64,000 nt of DNA from Candidatus Poribacteria bacterium (lineage in GTDB: Bacteria; Poribacteria; WGA-4E; PCPOR2b): positions 4,448,001 to 4,512,000 of the forward strand of contig OZ240245.1 in NCBI GenBank assembly GCA_965198175.1, read 5' to 3'. Shown in pieces: positions 1 to 10,997 of the stretch. Position 1 is the first letter of the stretch. Every line of letters begins with the position of its first letter. Position numbers and translations under genes: made by a program. The notes under the pieces were generated by a model. It was not told the DNA's origin and searched no databases. It worked only from the letters and a program-made list of their open reading frames with translations.

Positions 1-110
1 AGTAAAACAAGTTGCTGGAATTCCTGAATCACGGGGTTGTACTGTTTGACTGTTGGGTTAATAGATGGAAGAATCAAATCAAGCGGACCGAAGAGCTTAA
101 AGATAAATGA

Positions 111-1736
<1,626 letters not shown>

Positions 1737-1815
1737 TTCACAAGCGTGCGGACTCTTGAAACAGCCTATACCCAAGCATGTGAAGAGCCAAAGGTATTTT
1801 GGGAAATGAGGATTT

Positions 1816-3747
1816 GTGAGCGAATTCCCGAACATCGAAACTAATAAGAACCCGGCTTGTATCCCCTTTAGAGTGTTCGTCATTGGGCTTGCTTTGGCTC
1901 TCTTAAACACCTATTGGGTTGCGACTAATGACCTTGTAATAGGTCCGCTGCACAACTATATGTCGCTCTTTAGTAATGCCATTTTTACCTTGTTTGTGCT
2001 GATTCTCCTAAATTTCGTTCTGAAGAAACTCCTACCAAAAACCGCGCTATCTGACTCCGACCTTCTGGTCATTTACGTCATGGTCGTTATGGTGACGACA
2101 GTGTCCGGACACACGAGCATGAACAAGTTGGTCGGTACACTTGCACACCCTTTCTGGTTCGATACAGAGGAGAATGATTGGCGGAATCTGTTCTGGCGGC
2201 ATATCCCCGATTGGTTTGCCATACAAGACAAGAACGTGCTGCGAGGTTTTTTCCTCGGTGAGACTTCCTTCTTCACACAACAGTACGTCAAGGCTTGGAT
2301 TGTCCCAATGCTTTGTTGGTCCGCCTTTATGTTTGTTCTCTACTTCGTCCTCATCTGCATAAACACGATTATCAGGAAACAGTTTACCGACCATGAACGC
2401 CTCACATACCCGATTACGTGGATGCCCTTGGAGATGGGGCGTGACACGACCGCTTTTCTAAAGAGTAAGTTAATGTGGGTGGGATTTGGCATTGCGGCTG
2501 GAATTAGTCTGCTGAATGGTTTGCATGTCTTATATCCCGTTGTCCCTTCTATCCGTGTGGGGTGGCAGTATTTCAATTTTCCAGATAAGCCGTGGAGTTA
2601 CATGCGGGGGACATTAATTTCTTTTCAACCGTTCGTCATCGGATTGTCCTTTTTTATGCCGCTCGACCTCGCCTTTTCCGCTTGGTTCTTCTACCTCTTC
2701 AAAAAAATGACCCTAATTTTGATGGGGGTTGCGGGCTGGCGTAACCTTTACTTTGATGAACAAGCACAAGGTGCGTGGACCGCGTTAGGCATCTTGGCGC
2801 TGTGGATTGGACGAAGACACCTCAAGCAGGTTTTCACACAAGTAGCGACCGGAAAGGCAGGCATAGATGATTCCAGGGAGTCTATGTCTTATCGGGCTGC
2901 GATTTTGGGAATTATAGGCGGCGTGTTGTTTTTCCTTTGGTTTGCTTATAGTGCAGGTTTCTCTTTTTGGGTCATCCTACTCTTTTTGGGGCTATACTGT
3001 TGTGGCGCCATCGGTTTGACCAAGGTCAGAGCTAGTCTTGGTGTGGCTGTTCATGAACTACTCTGGGTGGATCCCGGACGAACAATGGTCACATCTATCG
3101 GAACCAGAGCATACGGTCCCCGAAACTTGACCATCCTCAACTTCTTCTATTGGCTGAATCGAGACCAGCCGGCACACCCGATGCCAAATCAACTCGAAGC
3201 TTTTCGGATTGGTGAACAATCCAACATCAGTAACCGGCAACTGGTATGGGCGATGCTGATCACCCTCGCTGTTAGTATACCTGTGACCTTTCTGATATAT
3301 CTCAACATTGAGTATCGGGAGGGGGCTTCGAGTTCGAGATCTTTCATCCAGTGGGTTGGGGTGGAGAGTTTTGGTCGGCGCCTCCAACCGTGGTTGACTT
3401 TTCCGACAGGTCCTAATTACTTCACAATAGGCGCGATGGGGCTCGGTTTTGGTATCACAACCGTTCTCCTAATCATGAAGATGCGGTTTCTCTGGTGGCC
3501 ATTTCACCCAGTCGGTTATGTGCTTGGCGTGAGTCCGGCGGAGATGGTCTACATTTGGGTGCCGGTGCTTATCAGCTGGTCGTTCAAGATCGCCATCCTC
3601 CGCTATGGGGGTTTGCGGGCTTACCGTAGAGCCATCCCATTCTTTGCCGGATTGATACTGGGCGACTATTCCATGGGCTGCATTTGGAGCATCATCAGTG
3701 CTGTGTTTAACATCTCAACCTATAATATGGCATGGCACGGCCGCTAG
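1816..3747 (+). CDS. Polytopic membrane protein, DUF6785/DUF6784-type (putative transporter)
   Basis: 643 aa with many hydrophobic segments; ERLTYPI, HPMPNQLE and WWPFHPVGY motifs typical of this family. Confidence 0.75.
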   Translation: MSEFPNIETNKNPACIPFRVFVIGLALALLNTYWVATNDLVIGPLHNYMSLFSNAIFTLFVLILLNFVLKKLLPKTALSDSDLLVIYVMVVMVTTVSGHTSMNKLVGTLAHPFWFDTEENDWRNLFWRHIPDWFAIQDKNVLRGFFLGETSFFTQQYVKAWIVPMLCWSAFMFVLYFVLICINTIIRKQFTDHERLTYPITWMPLEMGRDTTAFLKSKLMWVGFGIAAGISLLNGLHVLYPVVPSIRVGWQYFNFPDKPWSYMRGTLISFQPFVIGLSFFMPLDLAFSAWFFYLFKKMTLILMGVAGWRNLYFDEQAQGAWTALGILALWIGRRHLKQVFTQVATGKAGIDDSRESMSYRAAILGIIGGVLFFLWFAYSAGFSFWVILLFLGLYCCGAIGLTKVRASLGVAVHELLWVDPGRTMVTSIGTRAYGPRNLTILNFFYWLNRDQPAHPMPNQLEAFRIGEQSNISNRQLVWAMLITLAVSIPVTFLIYLNIEYREGASSSRSFIQWVGVESFGRRLQPWLTFPTGPNYFTIGAMGLGFGITTVLLIMKMRFLWWPFHPVGYVLGVSPAEMVYIWVPVLISWSFKIAILRYGGLRAYRRAIPFFAGLILGDYSMGCIWSIISAVFNISTYNMAWHGR

Positions 3748-3843
3748 GCGTCTGTCCGGAAGCGATATAGTGCGAATTTTTCAACCTTTAATCCAGTAAG
3801 ACTAAAGAGGCACCAACAAATTAAAAGCCGGAGCTAAGATATT

Positions 3844-4608
3844 ATGAGACTAGAAAACAAAGTTGCTATTGTCACCGGAGCAGCTCAGGGTATGGGCTTC
3901 GCAACAGCAAAGCTATTCACGCAACAGGGAGCCAAGGTTGCAATGATAGACGTGAACACGGATGGGCTCTTGCAGGCAGCTCACGCGGTTGAACCCCTGG
4001 GCAAAAAGCCTCTTACTCTCGACATTGACATCAGTGATTCTACAGCGGTAAGACAAGCTGTCCAAAAGGTTTATAACGCTTGGGAACGAGTAGACGTGTT
4101 GGTGAACAACGCAGCAATCCAGTCGCCAGGAGGAAATTTCGTTAACGCGACCGACGAGGTCTGGGATCGCTATTTGGCAGTCAACGTCAAAAGCGCTGGG
4201 TTTCTGGTCAGAGAAGTTATTCCCTTAATGCAGCAGCAGAAAGGCGGAAGCATCATCAACATCGGGTCGATTTCTGCGTTGGTTGTTTTCCCCGGACAGG
4301 CAGTATATGCCACGACCAAAGGGGCTATTCTGCAGTTGACCCGCGCCATCGCAGTAGACTTCGGCAAAGATGGGATTCGAGCGAACTGTATCTGTCCCGG
4401 CCCAACCCTTTCTGGCCCTTTAGCAGGTGGGATTTCGGAAGATGGAACGTTGAATCCGGAGTTAGAAGATTTGGCGAACATGCATCCACTTCAACGTCTC
4501 GCTCAACCTGAAGATATTGCTTATTCCTCTCTGTTTTTGGCTTCAGATGAGTCTCGGCATGTCACTGGAGTTGTGCTACCAGTGGACGGCGGCTTTACAG
4601 CCAGATAG
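3844..4608 (+). CDS. Short-chain dehydrogenase/reductase (SDR)
   Basis: TGAAQGMG, NNAA, YATTK, VDGG. Confidence 0.95.
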   Translation: MRLENKVAIVTGAAQGMGFATAKLFTQQGAKVAMIDVNTDGLLQAAHAVEPLGKKPLTLDIDISDSTAVRQAVQKVYNAWERVDVLVNNAAIQSPGGNFVNATDEVWDRYLAVNVKSAGFLVREVIPLMQQQKGGSIINIGSISALVVFPGQAVYATTKGAILQLTRAIAVDFGKDGIRANCICPGPTLSGPLAGGISEDGTLNPELEDLANMHPLQRLAQPEDIAYSSLFLASDESRHVTGVVLPVDGGFTAR

Positions 4609-4628
4609 CAAAAAATCAGTCCGCTTAG

Positions 4629-5012
4629 ATAGTTTTTGTAGGTTGGGTTTCGCTACCCTCAAAGAAATCTTGAACGCAATAATCAAACCAAATTCATGCG
4701 TCACAATTCACATGTTTCGTCGAATTCGCTCAACCCAACCTACAAAAACTATTTTGAGATGTTCCGGGACGCAGGAGACGGGCGCTCATTGGAATCGCTA
4801 GGTAACCAAAAGGTAACCGAAAAAAAATATTCGTTTCGACGATCAAGATCTGGTCGGCGCAATATCGATGGGCCGAGCGCGTTGCTGCATTCGATGCAGT
4901 TCTTGTCGGTTTGGTAGAGCGGGTAATTCCAAAACCGTTCCAACCGCATTAACCGTTCAGGACACTTTACATTGCACTTTGTGAATTACATGTAGCGAAA
5001 CCAAACCTACAA
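4629..5012. repeat. REPIN-like pair of inverted GTAG-family REP units
   Basis: Perfect 21-bp IR at 4629-4649/4732-4752 (atagtttttgtaggttgggtt); a second inverted unit at ~4904-5012 ends in gtagcgaaaccaaacctac. Confidence 0.85.
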
Positions 5013-5162
5013 GAGCTGCTGGCGATGGATTCCACAGAATTACGCCAACCGATCGAGAGGCAGACAGACGTATGCAAAGCGGAGAGGCTTACCTTGTTGT
5101 CTGTACCACGAAAAGCAGCATAACACGTTAAAGGGTTGATGTGGTAAAATAAGGAGGTCGTA

Positions 5163-5660
5163 ATGAAACGCCATATCCTAATTTGGACAGTTGTAATAGT
5201 CTTGGGTTGCGGTCATTAACACCCATTAACCGAACACAAACATGAACATGAGCACGATGAAATACCTCGTGAGTTTGTTGAGCATGTGCATGAATTTGTT
5301 CCCGAGGAACCGCTCGACCTTAAAGATGTGGAAGCCTTGTATGATGAACTGTCTGGGAATTATGTGCTTTTGTGGATGAGATACGTTGATGATGGTGTTG
5401 TCTTAGTAAGAGTGCCGGCAATGGCAAGTGGGGAAATGTTAATTGAGCGAAAAAGCATGACGTATAGCATAGATATTAAAGGTTCTTTCTCCATTGCCAA
5501 TCAACATAATTTCAGCATTGACGATGAAGATGACATAATGCGGTTTAGTGAAATGGGCGTTGTTACGAAGGCTATAAAGTATCAATGGGATGGGCGCCGG
5601 CTTTTGGTTTCTTATGGCGCCGCTTTACTACGTGATGTGCTGTGGCTAAAATTAGATTAG
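5163..5660 (+). pseudogene. His-rich lipoprotein interrupted by in-frame TAA (5217-5219)
   Basis: RBS AAGGAGG, MKRHILIWTVVIVLGC lipobox, then GH*HPLTEHKHEHEHDE in frame with ORF 5286..5660. Confidence 0.75.
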
Positions 5661-5664
5661 TCTT

Positions 5665-6018
5665 TGTAGGTTGGGTTGAGCGGTGATGGTGAACCAGACG
5701 AAGTATTCCGCAAGGGATTCATATGTTGAGATTGTTTGATAATTGTTTATGATGAAGCGAAACCCAACGCATTTGAAACGTCCGGGCAACAAATCGGTTA
5801 ATTCCAACAGCACAACGATTGAATCAATAAAAAGCAGCAAAGGGCAAGGGAGTGGTTTGGTGTTCGGTACGCCCCAATCCATGCGACGCTTTTTTGTTGT
5901 CCGGAGGTTTTAAAAGCGTTGGGTTTCACTCCATCGAACAAATCTCGAACGCAATTAACCAACAAACCGATTCGTCATAATCCACATGTTTCACCATACC
6001 CGCTCAACCCAACCTACA
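5665..6018. repeat. REPIN-like nested palindrome (two inverted REP units)
   Basis: Perfect 19-bp IR tgtaggttgggttgagcgg / ccgctcaacccaacctaca; inner IR gaaacccaacgc (5759-5770) / gcgttgggtttc (5916-5927). Confidence 0.9.
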
Positions 6019-6810
6019 GGAACTCCGCATGTGTTCATGTTGAGGCTCTTGAGCATGACATGTGTTGCACAGAACCCGTAGGTTTGCGTCTGTGTTGTCG
6101 TAGAGTATCCCATTAACGTGGTGGACGTGTAGGAGCTGCTGCCTATCTGGAGTACCGTAATCACCCCCGCATCTTTCACATCTCCAATTGTTCCTTTCAC
6201 GAAGATGGAGAGAGATTTGAGGCCAGTCACTTGTATAATCATTTAGCGGCGCTGTAGTATCGTTATAGGTTGGATTCGGCGTTATCTGAGAATTGTACTC
6301 CAAAAAAAACTCGTGCAACCCAAACGAATCTCTAATTTCGCACCGCTCTGCATATCTGGATTCTTTGTAATCTTTATAGTTCAGTTTCTCTAGACAATAC
6401 ATACAAACATCCAAGCTATGTTCGGCGCCCTTCTCAATTCGGCCATCTCCATACCTGGTGTTAACGGTGAACATTCCATCTGTCCGAGTTGCTACAACAT
6501 ACCTGTCATAACGCTTCTTATCCCTCATTTCCATCAGCTTGCTGCAGTTAGCTACGTGAAATTTATATGGCTGAAAGCGTTCAATTTGGTCTCGAATGTA
6601 CACAACAACTTTTCGTCCTTTGTATTCGAGCGTGCCGTCATCAGGATATTCTAGGTCATCCGACGAGATATCCAAGCCAGTGGTTCGCAGCATCTCGTCA
6701 GCATTTAGGACGTGCAATTCTGTTCCTGAATTCCATGGATTCAGATCAGCCCCCATTCGTTCACGCAATCGGTTTAATCCATCATGCTGAAAAAAGTCTG
6801 GTAGTTTCAT
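6004..6810 (-). CDS. zorE: Zorya type II HNH endonuclease ZorE
   Basis: CERC...LHVHHVNG..DN...NLRVLCNTCH HNH motif; FHVANC/VCMYC N-terminal motifs; overlaps zorB stop by 4 nt. Confidence 0.85.
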   Translation of the reverse strand: MKLPDFFQHDGLNRLRERMGADLNPWNSGTELHVLNADEMLRTTGLDISSDDLEYPDDGTLEYKGRKVVVYIRDQIERFQPYKFHVANCSKLMEMRDKKRYDRYVVATRTDGMFTVNTRYGDGRIEKGAEHSLDVCMYCLEKLNYKDYKESRYAERCEIRDSFGLHEFFLEYNSQITPNPTYNDTTAPLNDYTSDWPQISLHLRERNNWRCERCGGDYGTPDRQQLLHVHHVNGILYDNTDANLRVLCNTCHAQEPQHEHMRSSCRLG

Positions 6811-7589
6811 TCTAGCTCTACTCGTTTTATGATTTCCATTATCCGTTTTTCGGCGTTGGTCAGCACGCGAAACTCTACCCGCCGGGACTCTTCCGGGTTT
6901 TCCGTGCCATCTGAATTATCAATCAGTTTGCTTGAAGATAGACCGTTGGCTGTGAGATGATATTTGATCCACTCTCTGTTTTCAATAATCTCCGGTTTGC
7001 TAATCTGAAGTACAATTTCGAGGACGTTTCTTGTCCGATCCTGCGAAAGCTCCATGTTATTGATGTAGGCTTCGCTTGGGGTGACATCCTCATTCCATTC
7101 GCTTGAAGTGTGTCCTTCAATGCGAAGTTCAGCGATGTCGTTCTTATATTTGTATTCGCCTGAGTCGTTTTTGGTTTCGGTCAGAATTTTGACGTAGCGC
7201 GGAAAAAACTCATACAATATCCTCCTGAACTCTGGGCTTACTTCCGCGCCTCCTTGCGGAAACAGCACGTCAGTTTTTTCGAAGCGAATCGAAAGCGTAT
7301 CCCCATTCACGACGGCGTTCCAGCCATCAAAGTCCTCGCTAAATTCCTTTTGAAGGTCCTCGTACAAATCCGCCTGCGACTTCCGATAAGTCTCCACAAT
7401 TTCTTCAATCCATACAAGAGTTTCTTCAATACTCTCTTTTTCCGTACTGACATGCAGCATGTAGCTAATGGCAATGAATAGAAATATTACCATCAGTCCA
7501 GCCATCATGTCAGATATCGAGATCCAGTGTTCTTCTGTATCTTGCGCTTTGCCCTTTTGAAGGGTATGGCGTTTCATTGCCTGCTCCAT
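6807..7589 (-). CDS. zorB: Zorya ZorB (MotB/OmpA-like)
   Basis: WISISDMMAGLMVIFLFI TM helix with conserved Asp; IEGHTS, NMELSQDR, SRRVEF OmpA-like motifs. Confidence 0.92.
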   Translation of the reverse strand: MEQAMKRHTLQKGKAQDTEEHWISISDMMAGLMVIFLFIAISYMLHVSTEKESIEETLVWIEEIVETYRKSQADLYEDLQKEFSEDFDGWNAVVNGDTLSIRFEKTDVLFPQGGAEVSPEFRRILYEFFPRYVKILTETKNDSGEYKYKNDIAELRIEGHTSSEWNEDVTPSEAYINNMELSQDRTRNVLEIVLQISKPEIIENREWIKYHLTANGLSSSKLIDNSDGTENPEESRRVEFRVLTNAEKRIMEIIKRVELE

Positions 7590-7600
7590 GTGTACTGGCG

Positions 7601-9457
7601 TTAGTTAGCCCTTCCTGGTGAATTGCGTGCTATGTTGAGCACATCATTTAGGCGGTCCGTTAACGGCATGTAGTCTTGAACAAATCGATTGGATAGGCTC
7701 GTTAATTGGCTACCGAGTGATTCCAATGCTTGTGTGAGTTCTTTTTGGAGGGCGGTATCAAGGAGTTGAATTTGGCGCGCCATTCGGTCCATATTCTCTC
7801 GAAAAATCCGATCGTTTTCATTACTGGCGGTACTGAGTTGGCTTGCGTGATTCTGCAAGGTAGTTTCCAATCTGCCGTTGGTTTCTTCTAAAGTTTTTTC
7901 GAGTTTTTCTGACGTGTTCCGGATGACGGTCTCGACCTGATTGGTGAAACCCGCTAAGGCGTCTCTTTGCCTCTGCATATCATTCTGCGAGTTGGCAAGC
8001 GTTTCTTTAACGACTGTTGAAAATTCATCGCCAATTGATTTGATGTGCGAGCTTGTGTTTTCTACCGCCGTCTCAAGCTGTGTTGATTGCGTTTGGAGTG
8101 TATGCGCTAACCCCTGGTTCGTGTCAATTATTGTAGCTTCGAGCTGTTTTGCTTGGTTTTCTAACGCGCTCTTGAATCCTTGAAATGTATCATTGATAAT
8201 CTGTTCAACATGCGCCGTGGTACGCTCAAAGACAGTTTCAGTTTGCTGTTTAATTCGATTGCCTGTATCTTCTACCGTTGTCTCAAGTTGTCTAGATTGG
8301 TCGGCTAAAGCTTCTCGTTGGTTCTGCATCGAAGCGTGCGAATTATCAATGGTTTCTTGCACCACATGTGTAAAGCCATTCGTTAATTCGTCGAGACGCT
8401 TTTCAATAATCGGAAAAGCATCACGTGCATTCCCAGCCAGTGCGCTAAATGCTTCCAAGTGTGTTTCCAACTGTCCTATTTGCTGCTGCAGCGCTTGAAG
8501 TATGGGACCAAGTTGCTCTGCACTTGAGACTATTGTTTCGCTCCGCTCTGCGATAACGTCCAGCGATTGGCGAGATATCTCTATGCTTTCTGCAGCGATC
8601 CTGAACTCCGCCGCCAGTTCGTTCATCTGTTGCCGGTACTGTTCTTGCCAGTCGTTGATTCTGCCAACAGCTTCATTCAATTGCTTGAAATTATCTCCAA
8701 ATTGTTCAGTGATTTTCAGGTTGAAGTCCTTGATTACGTTCTCAAGCGCCTCCATTAACGCTTTAGTATTATTCTCCGCCATTTCTTGTGCGAACTCGCT
8801 AAAAGCCTGAATCAAACTGTCCTGCTTATCAGAAAAAGTCCGAATTAGGTCGTCCTGCTTATCGGAGAAGGATGTTCGCAGCTTTTGTAGCTGGGTCAAC
8901 ACGGTGCTATCGCCCTCTCCCGTTAGCGATTTCTCAATGGATTGGAGAGCTTCTTTGGTTTCTTTTCCCTCCTGTCTCTCAACGATGAGGATTTCGCGTA
9001 ACAATTCCCCAAGGTCATCAAACCTTCCCGTTAACGATGCCTCAATAGATCGGAGAGTTTCATTGGTTGCATTTCCCTCCTGTTTCTCAACGGTTAAGAT
9101 GTCGTTCAACAATTCCGCAAGGTCATCAACTGTTGCGCCGGTGTAGGTCTCTGCTGCTGAGCTCTGTTTTCGCTGCTTGTTTAGCATTGCCAGTTTGAGT
9201 AGAATTGAACCAAGAATGCCCAATATGGAAGTTACAAACGCAAATTTCAATCCTTCGAGTAGCTTCGGGACACTGGATTCGATATTAGTTGTGTCGAAGG
9301 AATATAGTCCCCACCCGATACCGGCAAAAGTTCCAAGCACACCGGTGACGGTCATAATTGACGCGATTGCGTTTACTTGTTGATCTAGAATTTTCCTAAA
9401 CCAAATAACTGCTAAAATCATGAGACCTATGAAACCACCGATATAGTAAAACTCCAT
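7601..9457 (-). CDS. zorA: Zorya ZorA (MotA-like, 3 TM, long helical tail)
   Basis: GVLGTFAGI and GLKFAFVTSILG MotA/ExbB motifs followed by a ~520-aa coiled tail; RBS ACGGAGG. Confidence 0.9.
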   Translation of the reverse strand: MEFYYIGGFIGLMILAVIWFRKILDQQVNAIASIMTVTGVLGTFAGIGWGLYSFDTTNIESSVPKLLEGLKFAFVTSILGILGSILLKLAMLNKQRKQSSAAETYTGATVDDLAELLNDILTVEKQEGNATNETLRSIEASLTGRFDDLGELLREILIVERQEGKETKEALQSIEKSLTGEGDSTVLTQLQKLRTSFSDKQDDLIRTFSDKQDSLIQAFSEFAQEMAENNTKALMEALENVIKDFNLKITEQFGDNFKQLNEAVGRINDWQEQYRQQMNELAAEFRIAAESIEISRQSLDVIAERSETIVSSAEQLGPILQALQQQIGQLETHLEAFSALAGNARDAFPIIEKRLDELTNGFTHVVQETIDNSHASMQNQREALADQSRQLETTVEDTGNRIKQQTETVFERTTAHVEQIINDTFQGFKSALENQAKQLEATIIDTNQGLAHTLQTQSTQLETAVENTSSHIKSIGDEFSTVVKETLANSQNDMQRQRDALAGFTNQVETVIRNTSEKLEKTLEETNGRLETTLQNHASQLSTASNENDRIFRENMDRMARQIQLLDTALQKELTQALESLGSQLTSLSNRFVQDYMPLTDRLNDVLNIARNSPGRAN

Positions 9458-9572
9458 ACTGATTATTTCCTCCGTTTAGATTTATGATATGCGTTTCGTC
9501 TTTTCGTGTAACGTAACAGACTAAACTGCAAAAACGCCGAAATATCAACAATACTGTTGCGCGGAAAGATAG

Positions 9573-9711
9573 AGTGAAACCTAATACCCAATGTAGTGAT
9601 AACTTGTTAAAGCTGGGTTGCACTGCCTGGGAGACTCCAATGAGTAACGATCGACGCAATCCAAGCGGAATGGTCGGTCTGTTGAAGGGTAAAGTTCAAC
9701 ACAACCTACGA
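9573..9711. repeat. Degenerate REP element
   Basis: gtgaaacctaat...gctgggttgcac...ttcaacacaacctacg resemble the arms of the 5665-6018 element. Confidence 0.5.
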
Positions 9712-9723
9712 ACTTTTAATGTA

Positions 9724-10113
9724 TTAGAAATGGATTAAGCGATAGATCCAGAGTCCTAGAACGAGAGCGATTCCGATCCACGCAAACCAGTTTCGGATGG
9801 ACGGGGAGAGTGTTAGCCAAGCGTTTCGAAGGCGGGCCGGAGCACATGAGACACCAAGCGCTAACGGAACAACAAAAAACACAAACGGATGGTAGTTCCA
9901 AGCTGCGGCAAATTCACCTTGCGCAAGAGAGACACAGGCACGGGTCATTCCACAGCCGGGACACGATATATCTGTAATGAGGCGAAACAGACACGGAATG
10001 AGTGTCATCTTGTTGGGCAATATGCCCGACCAAGCTGTGTACATACCGACGAGGGCAAGTCCAATCAGGAAAACTCGTGCGAGATGTATGTGATTAAACG
10101 TCGTCACGCGCAT
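9724..10113 (-). CDS. DUF2752 family membrane protein
   Basis: PCLFRLITDISCPGCGMTRA motif; likely start at ATG 10113, overlapping the upstream gene end. Confidence 0.85.
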   Translation of the reverse strand: MRVTTFNHIHLARVFLIGLALVGMYTAWSGILPNKMTLIPCLFRLITDISCPGCGMTRACVSLAQGEFAAAWNYHPFVFFVVPLALGVSCAPARLRNAWLTLSPSIRNWFAWIGIALVLGLWIYRLIHF

Positions 10114-10477
10114 TGTAGAATTTGTTGATTTCCCACTGCTGAATTGCGAGAGATGCGATGCCGACGCCAAAAATTGCGATTATGACACAGGTCACCGGTA
10201 AGTAGTTGCTCACAAGCAAACCGCTGTTAGCCTGAACTTCATTGATTCCCGCCGCCATTTTGTATTCGTAGTAAATACCAAAGATACCGCACGTCAAGAT
10301 GCTGAGGAAAAACCAAAGCCAAAATCGGTAATCGGTCCGCCCTAACCATGCGTTGAGTGTTACCATCTGTTTGTACTGCCAATACAGGGAGTAAATCCCG
10401 CAAGTTAGGAGGCTGAAAATGATTCCGAGCACAATACTTCTCACACCGTCAGCCATTGGATACGGGTAATTCTGCAT
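10094..10477 (-). CDS. DUF4234 family membrane protein
   Basis: Duplicated LLTCGIY/ILTCGIF motif; RBS AAGGAG. Confidence 0.85.
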   Translation of the reverse strand: MQNYPYPMADGVRSIVLGIIFSLLTCGIYSLYWQYKQMVTLNAWLGRTDYRFWLWFFLSILTCGIFGIYYEYKMAAGINEVQANSGLLVSNYLPVTCVIIAIFGVGIASLAIQQWEINKFYNARDDV

Positions 10478-10668
10478 GATAAATCTCCTTCTATCTTCTA
10501 CACAAATTTGTCAACAGCAGAATGCGAACGCTTGTCAGTCTCCAATTTTATGTGGATGTCCGGAGGATGTCAACCTATTTTTGGCTTAATCCTTGATTCT
10601 TAATTCGCAACTGCGATATGATCGTGAATCAATCCGAACTAAGAGGGAACTTGTTCATTAGCGTAGGG

Positions 10669-10861
10669 ATGTAGGTTGGGTTTGACGGCAAAAAGACTTC
10701 CCTATCAAGGAAAACGACAGTGTTGATTGTTAGCGAGCCTGCTGAATAGGTAGTTACAGTGTAAGTCAACACACCATATCGCGTTAATTATAAAAGCGTT
10801 GGGTACCGGAAAAATCCATCGCCTTCGCCATTCGCTCAGTTGATCTCAACCCAACCTACAT
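10669..10861. repeat. REP/REPIN element
   Basis: 14-bp IR atgtaggttgggtt / aacccaacctacat with internal aaaagcgttgggt. Confidence 0.8.
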
Positions 10862-10916
10862 TACACTGTCAAAGGGCGGTGGAGACCGCATCATTTCTCG
10901 GCGTCTTGAGTTTCTG

Positions 10917-10945
10917 TTGACGGGAAAGGGATATTTTGCTATACT
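10917..10945 (+). promoter_or_regulatory. sigma70-type promoter of cinA
   Basis: TTGACG-N17-TATACT. Confidence 0.7.
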
Positions 10946-10997
10946 TCACCATCTTAACGACGCATGGAAAAACACTGTAAGATTGTAGAGGTATCGC

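Noticed and set aside
5762..5924. Integron attC site (ACCCAAC ... GTTGGGT fit RYYYAAC/GTTRRRY)
   Set aside because: The span is longer than typical attC, the arms pair without the unpaired spacer or extrahelical bases, no integrase is seen, and the motifs are explained by REP arms
6807..9457. Flagellar motAB or exbBD
   Set aside because: The long helical tail and coupled HNH nuclease fit Zorya; no flagellar or tonB genes nearby
4629..10861. CRISPR array
   Set aside because: Repeats are inverted and irregularly spaced; no cas genes
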